From positions 96,001 to 160,000 of the forward strand of contig CBDBHR010000029.1 in the NCBI GenBank assembly GCA_965205865.1: a stretch of 64,000 nucleotides of DNA, given 5' to 3'. The notes beneath the pieces are model-generated. The model was given only the letters and a program-made list of their open reading frames with translations, was not told the origin of the DNA and did no database searches. This document shows, piece by piece, positions 60,866-64,000 of the stretch. Positions within the stretch are counted from its first letter, which is position 1. Each line of letters begins with the position of its first letter. This DNA comes from a bacterium. GTDB taxonomy: Bacteria > SAR324 > NAC60-12. A program made the translations under genes and the position numbers.

Positions 60866-62644
60866 CTAGTAACCCATTTCTTCCTTCAGCGCACTATCAA
60901 TCCAGAGGCGGCTGAGGACTTCTTGCCGCTCGGAAGGTCCCAAGTACATTGCTTCACCGTTAAAGCCGATGACCCACGGCTGATGAAAAATCAACTGTGG
61001 AAGTTTAGGACCCCACATCTGCCAGTGCTTCTCTATTGCGTACATATCTGCCTCTCTCACTAGCCGCTGCTGCTCCTCAATGGTGGTCGCGGCCAGGGCG
61101 GCGTCAACGAGGGCGTCCAACTCAGGCCACTTAGATCCGGGGCGGTTCCACTGTGCGTCCGAGCGATGCCAGCCTACCAATAGGGCAGGGTCATAGCCAG
61201 AGGCGCCCGCAATGGTCCCCATCACGCCTTTATAAGTCCCCGCGAATACCTCCTCGTGATAGGCGGCCCAGTCCTCAAAATAGACAATCTCAACATCGAC
61301 ACCAATCTTAGCCCAGTAGGAGACAGCTATTTCTACATAGCTTAAACCACCCACAGACCCCAGTATTCTCACGACGGTGTTGAATCTAGTGCCGTCCGCG
61401 CCGCGCGGATATCCAGCTTCGTCAAGGAGCTTCCCGGCACCTTCCGGGTCGTACCGATAGCCCTTCTTGACCTCTTCGGGCCACTCTTCAAAGGGGAGGT
61501 AATACCCTTTCACCCCGACCATCCCCATGGGGGTCGTATTTCCCTGACCCTTAAAAAAGGTAGAGTTAATGGTCTCAAGGTCCAGTGCCATCTGCATGGC
61601 CTGGCGCACGCGGATGTCGTCAAAGGGCGGCTCGCGCATTTGTGTCGCAAAGGCATGATTCGACCGAAACCACCACTCGTGCGGCACGAGTTCGGGGTTG
61701 GTCTGCTGGAGGCTCTCTGCCCCTGGCGTAGAAAGAGCCCAAGGAGTGACAAAATCAATCTTGCCTGAGCGTACTGCCGCCAAAATTGTTGTTTCCTCTG
61801 GAATTTTCGATAGCCTTAGCTCGTCAATGTAGGGCAAGCGGTTCTGCGGGTACTTTTCGTCATAGCCCCAGTAGTCAGGATTCTTGGTCCAGGTGATAGA
61901 GCTGTCCTCGACGAAGTCAGTCAGCATAAAGGGCCCGGTGCCGACCAGGTTCCTCCAATCCTTAACGTCGCCTTGTTCCTTGATGACCTCGGGGGGCATA
62001 ATGTAAACAAAGTAGTCGCTGAGGATAAGCTTCAGGGCAGGCAGGTAGGGCTCCTTCAGCTTCATCACAACCGTCGAATCGTCGGTGGCCGTTATCGATT
62101 CGAAGGGGATGGCTTTGAGTGGGCCAACGGCACCAAAGGGAGTCGGTTCGGTGAAGCCGCTGCCCAGACCCAACATACGGTGAAAGTTATACTCGACATC
62201 CTGCGCCGTCAGGAGACGGCCGTTCATCGGTGCCTTCTGGTGCCAGCGAACGCCGTCACGGATATGGAAGACAAAGGTTGTGTCGTCGGGCATCTCCCAG
62301 CTTTCCGCCAGCCTCCCTGTTATGGCAGACACAGGGAGCGGGCCCGAATTAAAGTCCCATTCGTCTCGATCTATTCCCCAGTTGCCGATACCCAGCTTCT
62401 GTGCGACACCATTGATGAGAATGCCCGCCCAGCCGAAATAGGGGTCAACTTGCGACGTATATGTTCTCAAGACGTAGGTTAATCTCCCGCCGTACTCAGG
62501 TACACTCACCATTTTTCCAGTGGTCGGATCTTTGACCATCTTTTTCTCAGCCGCAATGGCTGGACTGACCCCGAGGGCGGCCACCATCAGGGTGAGGGTG
62601 AGCAGGATTGCACTGAAGGTTGATTTGTTTATTTGATTTTTCAT
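60866..62644 (-). CDS. Family 5 solute-binding protein (DppA-like), operon 2
   Basis: Signal peptide from MKNQ at 62644 and the same motifs as 44693-46480. The frame is open upstream to 62848. Confidence 0.93.
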   Translation of the reverse strand: MKNQINKSTFSAILLTLTLMVAALGVSPAIAAEKKMVKDPTTGKMVSVPEYGGRLTYVLRTYTSQVDPYFGWAGILINGVAQKLGIGNWGIDRDEWDFNSGPLPVSAITGRLAESWEMPDDTTFVFHIRDGVRWHQKAPMNGRLLTAQDVEYNFHRMLGLGSGFTEPTPFGAVGPLKAIPFESITATDDSTVVMKLKEPYLPALKLILSDYFVYIMPPEVIKEQGDVKDWRNLVGTGPFMLTDFVEDSSITWTKNPDYWGYDEKYPQNRLPYIDELRLSKIPEETTILAAVRSGKIDFVTPWALSTPGAESLQQTNPELVPHEWWFRSNHAFATQMREPPFDDIRVRQAMQMALDLETINSTFFKGQGNTTPMGMVGVKGYYLPFEEWPEEVKKGYRYDPEGAGKLLDEAGYPRGADGTRFNTVVRILGSVGGLSYVEIAVSYWAKIGVDVEIVYFEDWAAYHEEVFAGTYKGVMGTIAGASGYDPALLVGWHRSDAQWNRPGSKWPELDALVDAALAATTIEEQQRLVREADMYAIEKHWQMWGPKLPQLIFHQPWVIGFNGEAMYLGPSERQEVLSRLWIDSALKEEMGY

Positions 62645-62668
62645 CTTTTTCCTTTTGAATGGATGTTC

Positions 62669-62842
62669 AAGATTAAGGATTGCTTTGAAACCTGCCTTCA
62701 TTCCCGAAAGCACGTTCTCGACGATTGCTCTACTTTTTTGACGGTTCATCGTGCTCCTTTCTGCTTTTTGATTAAAAACAAGATTGCGGGTTGCTTTAAA
62801 ACCTGCTTTCGTTCCCGAAAGCACGTTTTCGACGATTGCTCT
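62669..62842 (-). repeat. Two diverged 63-bp repeats (62780-62842, 62669-62731) encoding RAIVENVLSGxKAGFKAxxNL
   Basis: 111-bp period. Each is preceded by AAGGAG plus an ATG (62848 and 62749), in frame with the SBP. Confidence 0.85.
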
Positions 62843-63119
62843 ACACATTGGGTCTCCTTCATTTTGGAGTGATCAAAAAACCAATTCATTGGCTCCAGGA
62901 TGGGGCAATGAACCATAAACCGACGCACTCAGGCGCCGATGATTTTCCAAATTCCCCATTGCTGTTTCGTTCCCAGAACGGGGAACGAGAGATCTTAAGG
63001 ATCTCTCCCTGATGTCGAGATAAGATAAGGGGGTAGAACTTGGGATTGGGAATTCGTTGCTTGGGGCTTTTGACTTAGAGCTTGAGAGTGGAAACTGGAA
63101 ACAAGGAACTGATAACTTA

Positions 63120-63181
63120 ATATGGGATATGGGATATGGGATATGGGATATGGGATATGGGATATGGGATATGGGATATGG
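63120..63181. repeat. Heptamer tandem repeat (ATATGGG), about 9 copies
   Basis: Perfect 7-mer array in intergenic DNA. Degenerate heptamers lie nearby (63040-63115, about 63445-63475). Confidence 0.95.
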
Positions 63182-64000
63182 CTTTTAAATTTACTCTCAT
63201 AACCACCTCATTGTCAAGATGTTTTTTATACTTGAAACGGGTTAATTTCAGACTTTCATGTCATCCTGACGATTTGCCCAAACAGCTGTACCGAAAGCGG
63301 CAATGCGAAGGATCTCATTATTGCCCTTCCGTTTTTAGAATAATATTTATAATCGCTCTGCAAATGTTGTCAAGCATTTAAGGCTATCTGTTCTCAGCTA
63401 ACCGTTTTCACTGACAAAAAAACGGTATATCAATATGATTCAAAAACTGATAGCTGACAGCAGAGGGCTAAAAGCCATTTCGCGACAGCGACTAATTAGA
63501 AGGATAATATTTTATATCTAGCAATAAATCAACTCTTTTTCTTAAGACATATCCGATTAGTCATTTAAAGCAAATTTTTCTCATATCTAGAAATAGTATA
63601 ATCGATCTGCAAATGTATCAAGATTTTTTTAAATAGGGCGACTCATTCATTCATGAGTGTCTTCTAAAGATCAACGAAATTACTTTTTCATATTAAGATA
63701 CAGAAGTCAACATTTTTGGCACTTTTCAATTCCCCGTTGACAATTTCTAAAAATCCTCTGGGGAGGATATGAGGTTTTACATGACTTTCGGCTAAATAAA
63801 TAGGAGCGAAATTGAAATAAAACCTTCAGCAAAAGGCAATTTCTCAAGAACTATCACAAAAGAAAAAGAAAGACCAGTAGCCATTCTTCAACCCTCTTTG
63901 ATGCCTCAGAAGGGGTCAAGGCCTATTTTGATCGTTGGTCTCTTGTGAAAAACATGATGACCTGATGAAGGCCGCGACTTGTTTGCCTTCCCCCTCACAA

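Noticed and set aside
63136-63381. 81-aa ORF starting MGYGIWDMGYGIWD
   Set aside because: It is a translation of the heptamer microsatellite, with no SD or recognisable domain.
63200-64000. Replication origin
   Set aside because: The region is AT-rich, but no TTATCCACA-type DnaA boxes or origin-linked genes were seen.

Overview
Bacterial chromosomal window of a Gram-negative diderm (lpxD, lpxH-like, mlaA/mlaC). The gene content is loosely compatible with a deltaproteobacterium/SAR324-like organism, which is an inference only. A housekeeping core (lysA, oadGAB, Prx6, lpxD, arfB, purA, proC, gcvT-gcvP) sits between two accessory zones. The left zone (1-6.6 kb) holds decayed defence and mobile DNA: an IS630 remnant, an intact IS that splits a membrane-protein gene, a MITE, a Fic gene and an hsdS stub. 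The right zone (42-64 kb) holds two paralogous ATPase-less peptide ABC operons, a nested IS66, a RAYT element, an Rpn gene, pseudogene fragments and REP/heptamer repeats. The most notable observations are: (1) an unannotated UGA-recoded UxxC thioredoxin-fold selenoprotein with a SECIS-like hairpin; (2) tandem Shine-Dalgarno-equipped micro-ORFs with synonymous-site divergence upstream of both solute-binding-protein genes; (3) an IS66 whose right end carries a consensus promoter and a repeated structured ~100-nt RNA-like motif, inserted into a sibling copy of that same end; (4) a 2-phosphoglycerate kinase / ApgM / PAICS-like PurC / NadD-CinA fusion / MocA / XdhC / SufS gene run. Three -1 homopolymer frameshifts and one deletion-riddled duplication suggest long-read consensus errors. 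No rRNA, tRNA or CRISPR array was recognised.
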